DNA of 64,000 bases from NCBI GenBank assembly GCA_951804945.1, contig OX638150.1, positions 107,942,001-108,006,000 on the forward strand, given 5' to 3'. This DNA comes from Podarcis cretensis. Taxonomy: Eukaryota. Below are positions 50,849 through 63,950 of the stretch, piece after piece (within the stretch, counting starts at the first letter, position 1; every line of letters starts with the position of its first letter). The position numbers were made by a program, and so were the translations under genes. Below the pieces are notes generated by a model, which saw only the letters and a list, made by a program, of their open reading frames with translations, made no database searches and was not told the origin of the DNA.

Positions 50849-51035
50849 CTGTCCGGCCCGTTGCCCGGGCCCCCGGCACTAGGCCCTGCTGGGCGCCACG
50901 GTGTTTCCTAGGCGGCAGGCGGGACCGAGAGCTCAAGCTCCACAGAGCAGCGGCCGCGGCCCCTCCCCCTCCGCGGCACCAGCGAACAGCCAACAGCTCC
51001 TCCTCAGCAGGCCGGGCGGAAACGGCACTGAGCGC
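50849..51035 (-). other. SETD5: Probable non-coding exon 1 of SETD5 (5' end approximate)
   Basis: GC-rich segment just downstream of a CCAAT/GC-box cluster, ending at GGACAG|gtcagc. Confidence 0.55.
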
Positions 51036-53816
51036 ACGGGGATTCCCAGCGCTGGCGCCAGGGGCGCCCCAGCCACGCCCACCGGCCCCACTCATTGGCC
51101 GGCTTTTCCGCGCGATCTCCACCCCCTCCGCTCTTCCTCCCGCCCCCGCCTCTCCCGACTCCTATTGGGCCCCTTCTCTTAGGGCAGGCGGTCGCCCCCA
51201 TCCCGTCCCTCTGTAAGCCCCAGCGGCCCCAGCCGCCGCCAGCTTCCCAGAGGCGCTGCCCTATTGGTTGTTGGAAACGCCACTCAGCTCCGCGTCAGCC
51301 TCAGCAAAGGCTATAAAAGCAAGCGCGGCAGCTTTCCCAGGCTCAGAGCAGTGCGGGTGCGGTGGGTGGATGGATGGGTTCTATAATAGGGAGGAGAGAG
51401 CGAGAGAAGCTGTTCAGGGCAGTTTGGCTGCTGCCCGCGCCTCTGCGCACGTGGGTCTGCTGCTCTACGTGCTTAAGGGCGAGGCAATCTTCCGATTGGC
51501 TCGTCTTTAGCCAGTCCCACGTGGGGTTAAGTGCTGCTTGGGGACACGTGGCATGGGAGCGGGGTGGGGGGGAGGGGCCGGGCTCAGCGCTGGCTCCGGA
51601 GGGCGCTTCTGTGCATGCGCGCCGAAGAACCGGTCTGGGAGGAAGAGCTGGCTGCAACACGGCGCATGCACCCTCCTACTGGGTGGCTGGGCTGCAGGCG
51701 GGCGGGGGTGACTGCAGGGGAGATTCGCGCCAGGAAAGGGGGTGTGTGCTAGGCTGGAAGCGCTCTCGTTACTTAGGGCAGGTTAGGGCTCGCACTGCTG
51801 CAGGATGTAATGCGGGCTTTGCCAATAAGCCCTATTGTGGCGGCGGCGGCGGCGGCCGCCCTCTCTTTCCACCGTCCGCCTGCTGCCCTCCCCACGCCAC
51901 GATCGACTGTCTTTGCCTGCTCTGCATCGCTTCGCGCTCCCCCCCTCCTCGTGATCTTGTATCCCAAGCCTATAATGCACGTATTTACTCGGGGCCCTGC
52001 CGAATTAGCCGGGATTTGTTCCCAAGTAAGCGTGCACAAGATCCGGCGGCCCTAATAATTTGTAGCTTACCCTGTCCACACACACCCAAAAAAAATCCCC
52101 CCCCCCCCTTTGCACAGGTTTCCTTCCCTGAGAGTAGGAAATCCTCTGAGGGAAGGGCCGGTGTTCTTCTCTATAAACATCGGCGGTGCTGTGCACACAG
52201 TAATTTCATCTGCCGCTCTCCTTGCGCAGCCTGAATTTGGGCGTACATCCTTTTCTAACGCCCGTCCGCCCTTTCTCACAAAGCTTCGTATTAAAAATGA
52301 GGAGCAGCACTTTTTAAAGAAGGGAGGGAACGCGTCTGGGGAGAGATCGAGACCAGTTCTGTACCAACAATGGAGTAAAAAGTGATGGTCGGAGGAGCTC
52401 CCTGTTGTGTCGCGATGGCCTGAGGTGCTCATTGCAAGTGCTCCATCACGAATAGGCCCTTTTGCCTGTTGACGATATGTTATCGCAGAATTCAGAGAAA
52501 GCCCAGTATCAAATTTTGCAGTGCATTAAAGCATATGCTGCAGTCAATGTGTTAATCATTAAGGTGCCACACAAGTCTCCATTGTTTTCGCCGCTATAGG
52601 CTAAAAGGGCTACGCCTCTGGAAAGTCAAGATAGCTTTGGCAGCTCTAGAGGACTTGCCAGCCACTAAAAACAACATCAGTTAGAGTGATATAGAGGTAC
52701 AAGGTTTAAAGGCTGGGGTACAAGACCAGGACTCCACATGGGCAGAGATGGAGAATCTGTGGACTTTCAGGTGCTGTGGGACAACAGCTCACCTGGTCTA
52801 TGACCTTTGGCTGTGCTGGGTGAGGCTGATGAGAATACTGCCTACAACATCTGCAAGGCCACAGGTGTGTTAATATAAGCAGCACCCATCTCTGTCGGTG
52901 AGGAGTCCTGGTCTGGTACCCTAGACTCTCTGTACCTTATGTGGGTCATACTCTGATATCTATTCTTGATCCAGATGGGCTGTTTAGCCTGCTTGCATTT
53001 GAAAAGCCAAGTGTGGCCCTCTGGCCATCTGAAGTGTCTTTCTTAGATACATTTGCAGGATGCAGTTCCAGGAAGTCTTTTCTCAGCCACCGTCTCTCCT
53101 GTGTCTGCGTAGATTTGTCTGCCACCCCCCTCCCACCTTCCCCCACTATGGGAGCCGGCTAAACACAGACCTGCGTCTGCCGCAGAGCAGGAAGCTGCAC
53201 AGCTGAGCTGCGTGCACCTAAGCCTGGCAAAATTAATGAGCATGCCCCTGGCTGCATAGTTATATTTTCATCCCTCTTTTCAGACTGGGATTGCTTCCCC
53301 AAAATGGGTCAGAGCAATTAAAACTCAGTACACAACGCCAGCGAGGGGTGCCAAACAGAAATGGTAGAGGCTCGCAAATTAAAAGGCACGTATGGGGAAA
53401 GTGCTGGTGGCAGGGGAGGAGAGATGATCTGTTTGGCAATGCCGTGTGGCTCTAGCCGAGGCTGATTCCCTTTTGCTGTAGATTGTGCTGGGACAGGGGT
53501 GGCGTACTGAGAGAGGGACAGAGGTGGGCACTGAGAGAGGGCCTCAAGCTTCCCTCTGCAGTTGCTGCCACTAAGGCAAGGAGACCCGGTAACAGTCAAG
53601 GACAGGGAGAAAAAAGTGGGAACTGCAGGGATATGTTGCAATGTGGAGAACTCCAGTTTTCCAGTAGGGTGTGTAGATGCACATATATGGTGTTCCATAT
53701 TGCACACACACGATAGGGCAATCCACCTTTTTGTTTTCTAGCAGGGCTGCTGTTTTTCAGGGCTACGTGACTCACAGAAAACCAGCAGATGACTTTCCCC
53801 ATGACTCTTATCTGCA

Positions 53817-53820
<4 letters not shown>

Positions 53821-53849
<29 letters not shown>
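53821..53849. repeat. (TG)n microsatellite
   Basis: Direct reading. Confidence 0.95.
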
Positions 53850-53851
<2 letters not shown>

Positions 53852-54605
53852 CTTTACCTACTAAATATCTGCTTTGTCACTCAGCGGCAAGTCCTGGCTG
53901 CGTTACCTCTAAACTCAAGATCCACAAATCCAGAGTCTTGTATTTTTAGTTCTTAGGCCCTCCAAAACTCCCTTCCCATCTCGGTATTCCCTGTCTGCGT
54001 TTGCAGGATGTAGTAACACTTAACATTGGCGCAATGGGACATGAGGCTGCCTTCCGGTAGGCTGAGATTTTGGAAGTCCCATCCCCCACTTTAAAAAGAA
54101 AAAAAAAGGAGCAGCAGCGGCCACAACCCTGTTTCTATATCAGGCCCCATAATGCAACAGTCCACCCTCCCTCCTCCGCCAGGATGTGAAGAACAGGAAA
54201 CTGGCACAGCTGCTCCCCATGTCTGTGGCAAAGCAGGGGACAGACAGCGGCACCTGGTGGCCAAAAAGGCATTGTACACGCTGGATGATTAGGTTATTTT
54301 GAGAGCGCTGGGCTGGCCGCTGTGAAAAATATCCTTGCTCACTGTCACCAGGCTTGTTGGGTCTTCCATCAACAACTTAAATTCATATTGGGGGGTGGGG
54401 AGGTGATAGACAGCAGTTTTCATTGCCTGGTCATATGAACCCAGAAAACTGCTTTACAAAGTATTTGTCCGTCTAGTCCACTATTGCCAAAGTCTGGGAT
54501 GGGGTGTGCGGGAACACCTGAGGCCTATGAAATGTTTCTGGACTACAACTGCCCTCATCCCAGACTGCTGGGTGGGTCTGAAGGGGGCTGGGCCCACCAT
54601 CCAGG

Positions 54606-55026
54606 TGTTAGAATTCCTGCTCCGTGATTGCAGTCATGGGAGTTCTATGATGGTGTATGAATCCACAGAGCGGGAAGTGACGGAGACAGGATGTTTGTGT
54701 TACTGTGTTCTGTGAAGTGGGACTATTGTCCTTTGTTTTTTCCCTCTTTGCTGTCCGATGCTAGAGAGAGAGGGAGCCATGTTGCAGTGCTCCGTGTGTG
54801 TTTCTATGTAAATAAAGTAGATTAGCCAAAATGCTGAGGTCTGTTACACAAGCTGCGAAGACTCTGCGGATCCCGAAGTGTGTTGGTGTCTGTTGGCATC
54901 AGTCGCTGTGATGTTCGGGCTGAAGAAAGCTTTTGAAGCTCCCAATCGACCAGGAGGGAGAGAACATGCCAATTGGGCATGTGTCTCTGCAAGGGTCCTA
55001 CTCAAGTGTAGGATGAGCCCCTGACA
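54606..55026 (+). mobile_element. Solo LTR (421 bp) inserted in a degenerate hAT MITE
   Basis: TGTTAG...CTGACA termini, 5-bp TSD ccagg, aataaa at 54811. Confidence 0.85.
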
Positions 55027-55609
55027 CCAGGTTCCCCAGGTCCCGCCAAATCAGACTAAAACTCATCTTCTCCACCATCCTGTACCCAGCAGCAGCAGCA
55101 AACCCAATGCCACTGGGGAGTCCCAAGTAGGACCCCAATGCTGTAGCCCTCTAATGTTATTTCACAAAACGATAAAGGAGATGGAAGGGGACCCAAGGTC
55201 ATCTAGTCCAACCCCCCGCAATGCAGGAATCTCAACTAAAGTATCCAAGTCAAGTCACAGTCTGCCCTGACTGGCAGTGGTCCTTGAGGGTCTCAGGCTG
55301 AGCTCTTCACCATCCAATGTTCCCTGCTCTTTTTTCAGATGTCAGAGACTGGAACCGGAACCTTCTGCATGCAAAGGATGTGCTGTGGCAGAAAGGAAAA
55401 TAAATATAAATGTATTCAGTAGAATTTTGACCTCCCACATGACAGAGGAACAATCCTTCTCCCTGGACATCTGTGGTTAAGAGACTGTTGGTTCTCATTC
55501 CTGCTATGAACCAGACTCGTGTTACTTTTTTGGCCTTGCTTACATCAAGGGTTTCTCTTCTCACAAACAGCTTCATGCTCAAAACATGGAACCTCGTGGC
55601 AGATTTGTA

Positions 55610-55827
55610 CAGTGGTACCTCGCGTTACAGACGCTTCAGGTTACAGACTCTGCTAACCCAGAAATAGTACCTCGGGTTAAGAACTTTGCTTCAGGATGAG
55701 AACAGAAATGGTGTGGCGGCAGCAGCGGGAGGCCCCATTAGCTAAAGTGGTGCTTCAGGTTAAGAACAGTTTCAGGTTAAGAACGGTCCTCCAGAACGAA
55801 TTAAGTTCTTAACCTGAGGTACCACTG
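55610..55827. mobile_element. Tc1/mariner MITE, family A
   Basis: Same TIRs, TA TSD. Confidence 0.9.
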
Positions 55828-57774
55828 TATGCTTAGGATCCCAAGTTGGTGTTGGAGCTTGCTGGAAGCTATACCTCAACTCAGCACTTTTATATTGCTA
55901 CTAAGGCAGAATTTCCTTTTTTTCATGTTTGTTGATACACAGTACTTATAAATACTGATATTGAGTGGTATTCAAACAAACTTTAGTCAGAGTAGACCTA
56001 CTGACATTAACGGACCTAACCTAGTCATGCTCATTAATTTCAGTGGGTCTACCATGAGTAAAACTGAGCTGAATAACATCTGCAGTCTGATGATGCAAAG
56101 TAAGATTTACCCGGACTAGTATATTACTATAATGCAAGTCATTTAAATGCGATGTAGGATGTCAGGTATATGCAAATTTAACGTTTAATTAAAAACACGA
56201 TACGCTTGGAAGCTTGCATACATTTTTAATCATTTATACAGCACTATCATTGTACATGGAACCCTTACAGCGTTGATTTAAGGAGAAAAAAAGGAGGCAG
56301 GTCCCTCCCCCCATGAAGCAGCAATCTAAATTTTGACAGTATTAGATAGAAAGGGGGAGAGGAGAGGAATGTGAGCAAATGCCGTTAAAGATACTTAGAG
56401 GAGTCTTTTAGTCCTCATCCACGTGGCTAGACATGATAGGACACGGCCAAAGGCTTCAACGAGAAAAACCCAGCGAATGTCGAGAGAAAACACAGTTGTT
56501 TCACATGGGTATTCACACTGATGTATGAACCAGACCAATGGATTGCAGTGCCACCCACCTGCAATGCAGACAGCTGTGGCCACAGGGTGGTGCCTGAACT
56601 GCCACGCAAAGCCCAGCTTACCATAGCACAGTCTCCCTTAGTTGTCACGAAGGGGAGACCAAGGGGCCAAATGTGCTCCCCAAATCGCCAAATCTGGAGC
56701 CAAGAGGGGCAATGAGAGGAACCGGTGGCGACAGCAGGAATGCCACAATTTTTTATTTACCATACAGGTGTTTAAAAAAAAAGGCACAGGAGCTACCCTA
56801 GAAGGGGGGCGAGGCAAAACTAGCAAGCTGAACGCCTCCTGTAGAAACAAGTGCAGAAGCAGCAGGGGAAGCACACGCAACCACCTGGCGAACGCACATA
56901 TATGGGAACGAGTTCTCTTGCAAGAAGCGGGATTGGCCTTCGAGCCTTGAGAACAGGGATCAGGCTGCACACTGCTTTCACCCAGCTCCTAAGTGGAACC
57001 CGTAGCACAGATGGGAATACCAGGCAGCTCCCAACGTTACTCTTTCCCACCCTCTATCTGCCTGCCTGCTTCCACTTTTCTAAACCCTCTGTGCTTGCCG
57101 CCACAGAGAAGCAAGGAGATGGGAGGCAGCTGGCGCTCTCTGCCCCTGTTCCAACCCTCCAGGCTTGCCAGCGCTAAATACGCCAGGCAATTTGTTTCTT
57201 TACTTTGCCGGTACATAAACTTAGCAAATTGCACACCTACCAGCAGGACCCTGTATTACGAGTCACTCCAAACCATCGGGGGGTTTATGACTCGGCTGTA
57301 AACATCACGTTGTCTTTATTCCAAGAGGTTCTTAACCTAGTTGCAAGCTTTTTTGTCTTCCCCTACCCCTCCGCCTGCAACATGGGCTTCTGCCAGCAAT
57401 TTGTCTCATTGTGTGGCAAAATACTTGACCTAAATGGCAGGGTGAGAGAGGCAGGCTAACAAAATGCTTTTATTGGATGACACACACAAAAAGGACCCCC
57501 CACTCAACCCTCCTTACCCAGAAACGCTCCTCATGACCTGTTAAAACGGGGCCAGGCTATTAAACCTGCTGGTTCGTGCTGAACTCGCCTTTTAAGCACG
57601 TAAGATGAGCCTGCAGGATCAGGCCAGTATGGCCCGTCTAGTTCAGCATCCTGTTCTCACAGCGGCCAACTGGATGGCCGCGGGAAACCCTCAAGCGAGA
57701 TCCCAGCACAAGAGCCCTTTCCCTCTCCGGTGGGAATCCAGCAACTGAGATTCAGAAGCCTCCAAGTGTACACA

Positions 57775-58005
57775 AGAAGAAGAAGAAGAGTTTGGAGTTG
57801 ATATCCCGCCTTTCACTCCCTTTAAGGAGTCTCAAAGTGGCTAACATTCTCCTTTCCCTTCCTCCTCCATAACAAACACTCTGTGAGGTGAGTGGGGCTG
57901 AGAGACTTCAGAGAAGTGTGACTGCATGTGGAGGAGCGGAGACACGAACCCGGTTCCCCAGATTACGAGACTACCGCTCTTAACCACTACACCACACTGG
58001 CTCTC
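57775..58005 (-). mobile_element. Squam3-type SINE nested in CR1
   Basis: Head gagagccagtgtggtgtagtggttaagagcgg on minus strand, (ctt)n tail. Confidence 0.85.
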
Positions 58006-58264
58006 ACAAGCCTTGCCACCATGGCTGGTAGCACCAGCTAGGCTTATCCTTCATGACTTTGCCTAATTCTCTTTTAAAGCTATCCAAGTTGGTGGCCGTT
58101 GGAGCGAGTGCAGTAGCTTAACTACACAATGTGTGAAGTGCCGTTCTTCATCTGTCCTGAATCTTCCAACATTCAGGTTCGTTGGAGGACCATGAGTTCT
58201 AGTGTCGCAAGGGGGGGGGGGCTTCTCTACCCACCTCCTCTAGGCCATGCCATAATCCTCTATC

Positions 58265-58405
58265 ATAGCCTTTCTCCACCTGTGAGTCCCCGGATGTTTT
58301 GTTGAACTACAACTCCCATCACGCCTAGCTAGCAAGGCCAGAGCTCAGGGATGATGGGAGTTGTAGTCCAACAACATCTGGGGACCCACAGCTTGAGAAC
58401 CGCTG
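58265..58405. mobile_element. Palindromic hAT MITE nested in CR1
   Basis: actacaactcccatc...gatgggagttgtagt palindrome, as in the 42538 copy. Confidence 0.75.
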
Positions 58406-60744
58406 CTCTCCTCCAAACTAAAAAGTCCTCAATGCTGCAACTTTTCCTCCATCCCCTTCGGTTGTCCTTCTCTGAACCTTCTCAAACTCTGCAATATCCA
58501 TTTTGAGGCGAGACAACCAGAACTGGACGTTCTAGTATTCCAAATGCAGTCGCACCATAGGTTCGTATAACGGCATGATGAGATTATATTCAGTGCCTTT
58601 AATAATGACATTAAAGGCAGGACATTTGCCTTTTTCACAGCTGCTGCTGCTGCTGCTGCCAACATCTTCATGGAGCTATAGACCATGACCTCAAGGTCTT
58701 GGGTCCTGGTCAGTCACCACCACTTCATATTCCATGGGGTTATATGTGAAACTTAAGATTTTTCTTGCCCCAACACTTGTTTACATTGAATTGCATTTGC
58801 CATTTTGCCACCCACCGGAGAGATCCTTTCGGAGCTCTTTTTGTTTTAACGACACTGAACCATTTAGTATCGTCAGCAAACCTTGGGCCAACTTGTTGCC
58901 TACTTCTAACTCTAGATCCTGAATATAACAAGCTAAAAAGTGCAGGTCTCAATACCAATCCTTGACGGCCCTCCACTTTTTACATCTCTATTCTGAGAAT
59001 TGACCATTTATTCAGACTCTGGGGCCTCCAACCTAAGCAATCCCTGATCCTTATTCCAGGACTACTAAGCTTACTCAGGAGTCTGTAGTGAGCTACCTTG
59101 TCAAAAGCTTTTTGAAAAGTCACAAGTCCACTGTGTCAACTGGATCCCCTCTATCTATATGCTTGTTAACACTCTCAAATACCTCAACAGGTCCGTGAGA
59201 CAAGACTTGCCCTTACAGAAGCCATGCTCGCCTCTGCTCCAGCAATACTTGTTCTTCTATATGCTTGGTTATTTTATCTTTAACAATACTTTCCACCAGT
59301 TTTCCCAGGACAGGCGTTAAGCTAACCGGCCAGTGATTTCCAGGATCCCTTTTTGATGTTACATAGGTTACTTTCCAGTCCTTGGCTATAGAGGCTGATC
59401 TGAGTAACTTATTTTTGTGAGAAGTCCTGCAGTTTCACATTTGAGTTCTTTGAGAGCTTTTCAGGTGGGCGCCATCCAGACCTGGCAAGTTGTCAGTTTT
59501 CATTTTGTCTGTTAGACCTAGACTTTCGTCTCTAAACACCACTAACTGCCTCAGTTCCTCAGGCTCCATCCTGCAAAAAAGTATTTCAGGCACTGCAATC
59601 TGCCCTATAACTTCCACTGTGAAGACAGATGCAAATAATTCATTCAGCTTCTCCATCTCCTCATCCTCCTTTGACCTCCTTGTCATAAAGGTCCAACCAC
59701 ATCCCTAGATGGTCTCCTGCTACTAATGTATTTAAATAACTTCTTTGTTGTTAGTCTTAATGCTTTTAGCAATGTGCACCTCAAATTCCTTTACGCATCC
59801 CTGACTGTGTATATGCACCAAAGCTTTTGCTTCCTTCTTGTCCTTTTCATTTAGATAAGGCTTCCGTATTTTGAAAAGGGCCTCCTTAATAACTTCCTTG
59901 ACTCTGCTCTTTAATCATGCTGGCATCCTATTGGCCCTCATGACATCGTTCCTGGTCTGCCACAAACATTCCTGCTGAGCTTCCGATATTGCCTTTTTAA
60001 ACAACTCCTAAGCATTTTGGAATGACTCAATCCTCTGGGCTTCACCTTTCAACTTCCTTTTTTATAAGTCTCCTCACTTGGGGAAAATTTCCTCTTTTGA
60101 AGTCAAATATTGGGCCACACCACAATACCGTGCCACGTTTTAAAGGAGAGGAGTTTGACACGGCAAATCTTATCTGGACTGCAATATCCCGGGCCTCTGG
60201 GTGAATGGCCTATTTGCAACACTCATAAGCTTTTTCTTTTCCAAATTTACTATAACAGAACCATCGTAATTCCCGTGGACATAGAGCTATGCAACCAACC
60301 AGCAGAGTTTTTTTATATTAATTGAAGCTACAGCTAGAAAAAGACCTTCAACTAGAGTTCCACCTGAAAACAAAATTAGGGGGTGGGGGTGATATTACAT
60401 CTTCTGTTCCAACTTTTGACATAGAATTGGCAGCCATTTCCACAGCTGTCAATGTGTACTGAAAACTGAACTGGACAAGCAGCAATTCAGGTGTTACAGG
60501 TGGCATCTAGAGTTACCTATGTATTTTTTTAAAAAAAAACACTTAAAAAATTAAAGCAGACAGCTTTTCTCATCACGTCATCTGCATGCTGGGATAAACG
60601 ACATCTAGGGAATATCTGTTTCAACAGGCAGAGAGCCCTGTCGGAAAACAGCTGGTAACTTTGGTCGAGCAAACCACACACCAGGTTTACCTTCTTTCAT
60701 CTAGAGAAGCTAACAGTTTTGGCCTTCAACTGGCAGGCCCACTG

Positions 60745-60864
60745 ACATGGATGTAGCCAAGGGGGCAACCCCCCCCCCAAAAAAATCAATAAAAACACAT
60801 AGCTAACTGAGGTCCTGCCCCAACAAAAGACCTGCCCCCCCAAAAAATATTGGCTACGCCCAGA
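60745..60864. mobile_element. Short hAT-like MITE (degenerate)
   Basis: catggatgtagcca...tggctacgcccag imperfect TIRs. Confidence 0.5.
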
Positions 60865-63173
60865 GCCACTGACCCCAATTTTATGACCCAAGACTTGAGT
60901 GAATACAACTCTATATAAAAGCTAAGCCAAGCCATGCAATCCCAGGCTCCTCTATAGACTGTACCCCCAAGTTTCTGCTATCATAAAAATTCAAAATGGC
61001 CGCCATCCATTCCTTTCACAGCAGAAGAAAACGGTGGGAAAGGACGCAAAGTTCAAAAATGGATTGCAGGTTGCAGTTTGGTATAGGGGAGAGTCCTGGA
61101 AATATAAATGTCTAGCAGGTAGAAAAACCGCTACAACAAGAGACCCACGTTCACACCAAGCCTCCATCACAGACCTGGTGTGTGGGACTCTTGTTCTGAA
61201 TGTGTGAGAATCTGGAACAAACACTAAAACATGCCTTAGGGAGATGTTCTGGGAACGACAACAAGACAAGCAGACATCTGTTTTGCCACTTGAGAAAATG
61301 CCCTGCCACTCGACAAGTACCTGTGCAGCAGAGCTCTCAAGTCCCGTCCCACCCCCCACCCCCGCTTCCCTTTTCATGAATCCCTTCTCAAGAGGCGCGT
61401 TTTTCATTTATTCGTTGAATACTGTTGTTCTACCGAAACAGGAACACTCACATTGGGTTTTTAATCGGACAGGAGGGGAAGGAAAGGAACGCACACCGCC
61501 GAACACCAGCAAAGCTGCATTCTCTTCTACATTGGTCCTTAGCTCTAGGCTAGGTAGCAAACATTGGGCCTTCCAGGTTTTTGCTGAACGGCCAACTTCC
61601 AACACACCCCAGATTATTGGTCATGCTGGCAGAGGCCAATGAGAGTTGGGAGTCCGGCAACATCCGGAGGGCACCGTGTTGACTACCCCTGCTTTGGCTG
61701 CCTCTCTCTGCTGCTTTAAACCAAGGGCAGGCAGACAAACGTCACAGTCTAATTTCATGTGGGTGGCTGGAAAAGGAGCAAAATGGGGGGTGGAGATGAA
61801 AAGGCAGGGGAGAAAAGGACGGTATCCCACCCACTTTGGACCCGGATCCTACCCACTGCTAGCATGCAGCCCTAATGATTACCCCCACCCACCCAGGAAT
61901 ACGACCCCCCAGCAGGGGAAAAAAGTTCTCCATGTCTGATTTAACCTTCCTGTGTCAGGTATGGCCTATTCCTGGATGTGCCCAGCACAGCCCTTCCTTA
62001 TTCCATCCCCCATCCTTTGGCTGGAGACGTCATGGTACATTGCGAGCTCTTACTTTCAAAATCCTTTTCCACCCCCACCCCTCCAAAGTCATCTGAAAAG
62101 GGTAACAGGAAGGATGCCGCAAAGATAGGAAAACAGTCCACAAGCAGGAATACAAAGACAAGGGATTTCAACTACTTTTGGCTAAAACAGAGATAACGAC
62201 GGCTTCCTAGGAGCAGTTCAGCGACAGAATAAGCAGTCCAGAGGGGTTGCGGCATCTTCATTCCTTCAATAATAATAATAAAAATGCTGCCCCAAACGAG
62301 ACTGACAAGAGGTGGCGATGCGTTAGGTACAAGGTCAGCCTTCCCGTTGCCAGGTGACCCCGGCATTCCTTTCATGGTTTCCCTCCGCACGGAAGCTCGG
62401 GCCACACCTGTACATCATCTCACCTGGTTTGAGGGCGGTATGGGAAATGCAGACCTATATCCATGACAGAGCCACTGGGGAGAGAACCCTAACAATCCAA
62501 CTGGGGGAGAGAGCTTTAAAGCCTCCGCCTTACTGGAAAGAAAAAGAAAAGAGGGGGGGGGGAGAAAAGGAGCGCTCCTCTTATCGTAAAGGAGAGCCGC
62601 CCCTCCGTTCGGCATGCTGCCCTGACGGGCCTCGAGAGCTGCTGTCGGCAGGAGCTTCCTCTTCCCACGAGAAAAGTGTGTGCGCACACACAGGGGCGGC
62701 GGCCCCACGGACTCCACGTGGGGCGGACAGAGCCACGCTCTGAAGCACTTCTCAGTTTAGCAGTTTCAGCTGCCCGGTCACCTGGTTCACCATCTCTTCC
62801 TCCCCCATGATGGCGAGGACTGTGTGGGAGCCCGTCGGAACCTGGAACACAGAGAGGACACCCCACAGCTGGGGCAAGCAAAGCACTGAGGAGGGAGCTG
62901 CCAGAGAGCTGGGGCCGCACCTCGATCTACCGTGTCCTCACCCCTGCTGTATACTTTCGAGTGCTCCCAATGTGGGGTGTGACATCACTGAAGCAGTCAA
63001 GTACAACGTTTCCTGTTTGCCCAGAGTGGACACACAGGGGAACGTTGCTCCAGCCGGGAGGACTTCCTGTCACACCTGGTCTGGAGCATCCTTCCCCTGC
63101 GTGTGACCAGGTAGATGGGCGTGACCCTGGCAGACCATATAAAGGGGCTAGTCATGCAGCCATCTTTCTCTTA

Positions 63174-63522
63174 AAGGTAAAGGGACCCCTGACCATTAGG
63201 TCCAGTCGTGGCCGAGTCTGGGGTTGCGGCGCTCATCTCGTTCTATAGGCCGAGGGAGCCGGCGTACAGCTTCCGGGTCATGTGGCCAGCATGACTAAGC
63301 CGCTTCTGGCGAACCACAGCAGCGCACGGAAACGCAGTTTACTTTCCCGCCGGAGCGGTATCTATTTATCTACTTGCACTTTGACGTGCTTTCAAACTGC
63401 TAGGTTGGCAGGAGCAGGGACCGAGCAACGGGAGCTCACCCCGTCACAGGGATTCAAACCGCCAACCTTCTGATCAGCAAGTCCTAGGCTCTGTGGTTTA
63501 ACCCACAGCGCCACCTGCGTCC
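63174..63522 (-). mobile_element. Sauria SINE, full length
   Basis: tRNA-related head ggacgcaggtggcgctgtgggttaaacc on minus strand, accttt tail, TSD-like tttctctta on both sides. Confidence 0.92.
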
Positions 63523-63559
63523 AATGTTTCTCTTACTCTCTCTTAAAAAAAAAAAAATA

Positions 63560-63950
63560 TTGCTCAATTTCCACATAACAAATTATCAAATCATATAATC
63601 ACCTACATAATTAATAATCCCCTTTTTTTATTCCCCCACCACCAAGGACTTCCCTCAGTTCCTCTCCCTGATTTCGCTGCACATATTTTCTCTGCATATA
63701 TTAAAATTGTATATATCCTTACATATCTGTCCATCATGTTATCAACAATAAATTTGTGTACGTTTATTCAAAACCTGCCAAGGAGTCCACTTCATTTTGT
63801 TGTGTTTTTAAATAATTTGTATAAAGTTCCCATTCCTCCGTGAAGTCACAGTTGTCCTTGTCTCACAATTTGTATGTCAATTTGGCCAGTTCTGCATAGT
63901 TCATCAATTTCTCTTGCCACTGGTCTTTTGTTGGGGTTTCTTCATTCTCA
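63560..63950 (-). mobile_element. L1/Tx1-like LINE ORF2 C-terminus and 3'UTR fragment
   Basis: Minus strand reads ETPTKDQWQEKLMNYAELAKLT followed by an AT-rich UTR. Confidence 0.65.

Larger units (their letters stand above)
50000..52450. promoter_or_regulatory. CpG-island promoter of SETD5, probably bidirectional
   Basis: Very high GC and CpG density; ATTGG/CCAAT near 51094, 51164, 51263, 51495, 51822; GC boxes 51120-51150; TATAAAAG at 51312 (+); CACGTG at 51448, 51518, 51545. Confidence 0.85.
57598..60112 (-). mobile_element. CR1 LINE, degenerate ORF2 and 3' end
   Basis: RT motif FADDTK in ORF 58740-58976, LNELFASVFT in ORF 59435-59686, CR1 3' terminus near 57600. Confidence 0.88.

Noticed and set aside
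51362-52234. 290-aa ORF and other long ORFs at 49400-52400
   Set aside because: Stop-poor GC-rich promoter and microsatellite sequence, low-complexity translations, some spanning the N gap
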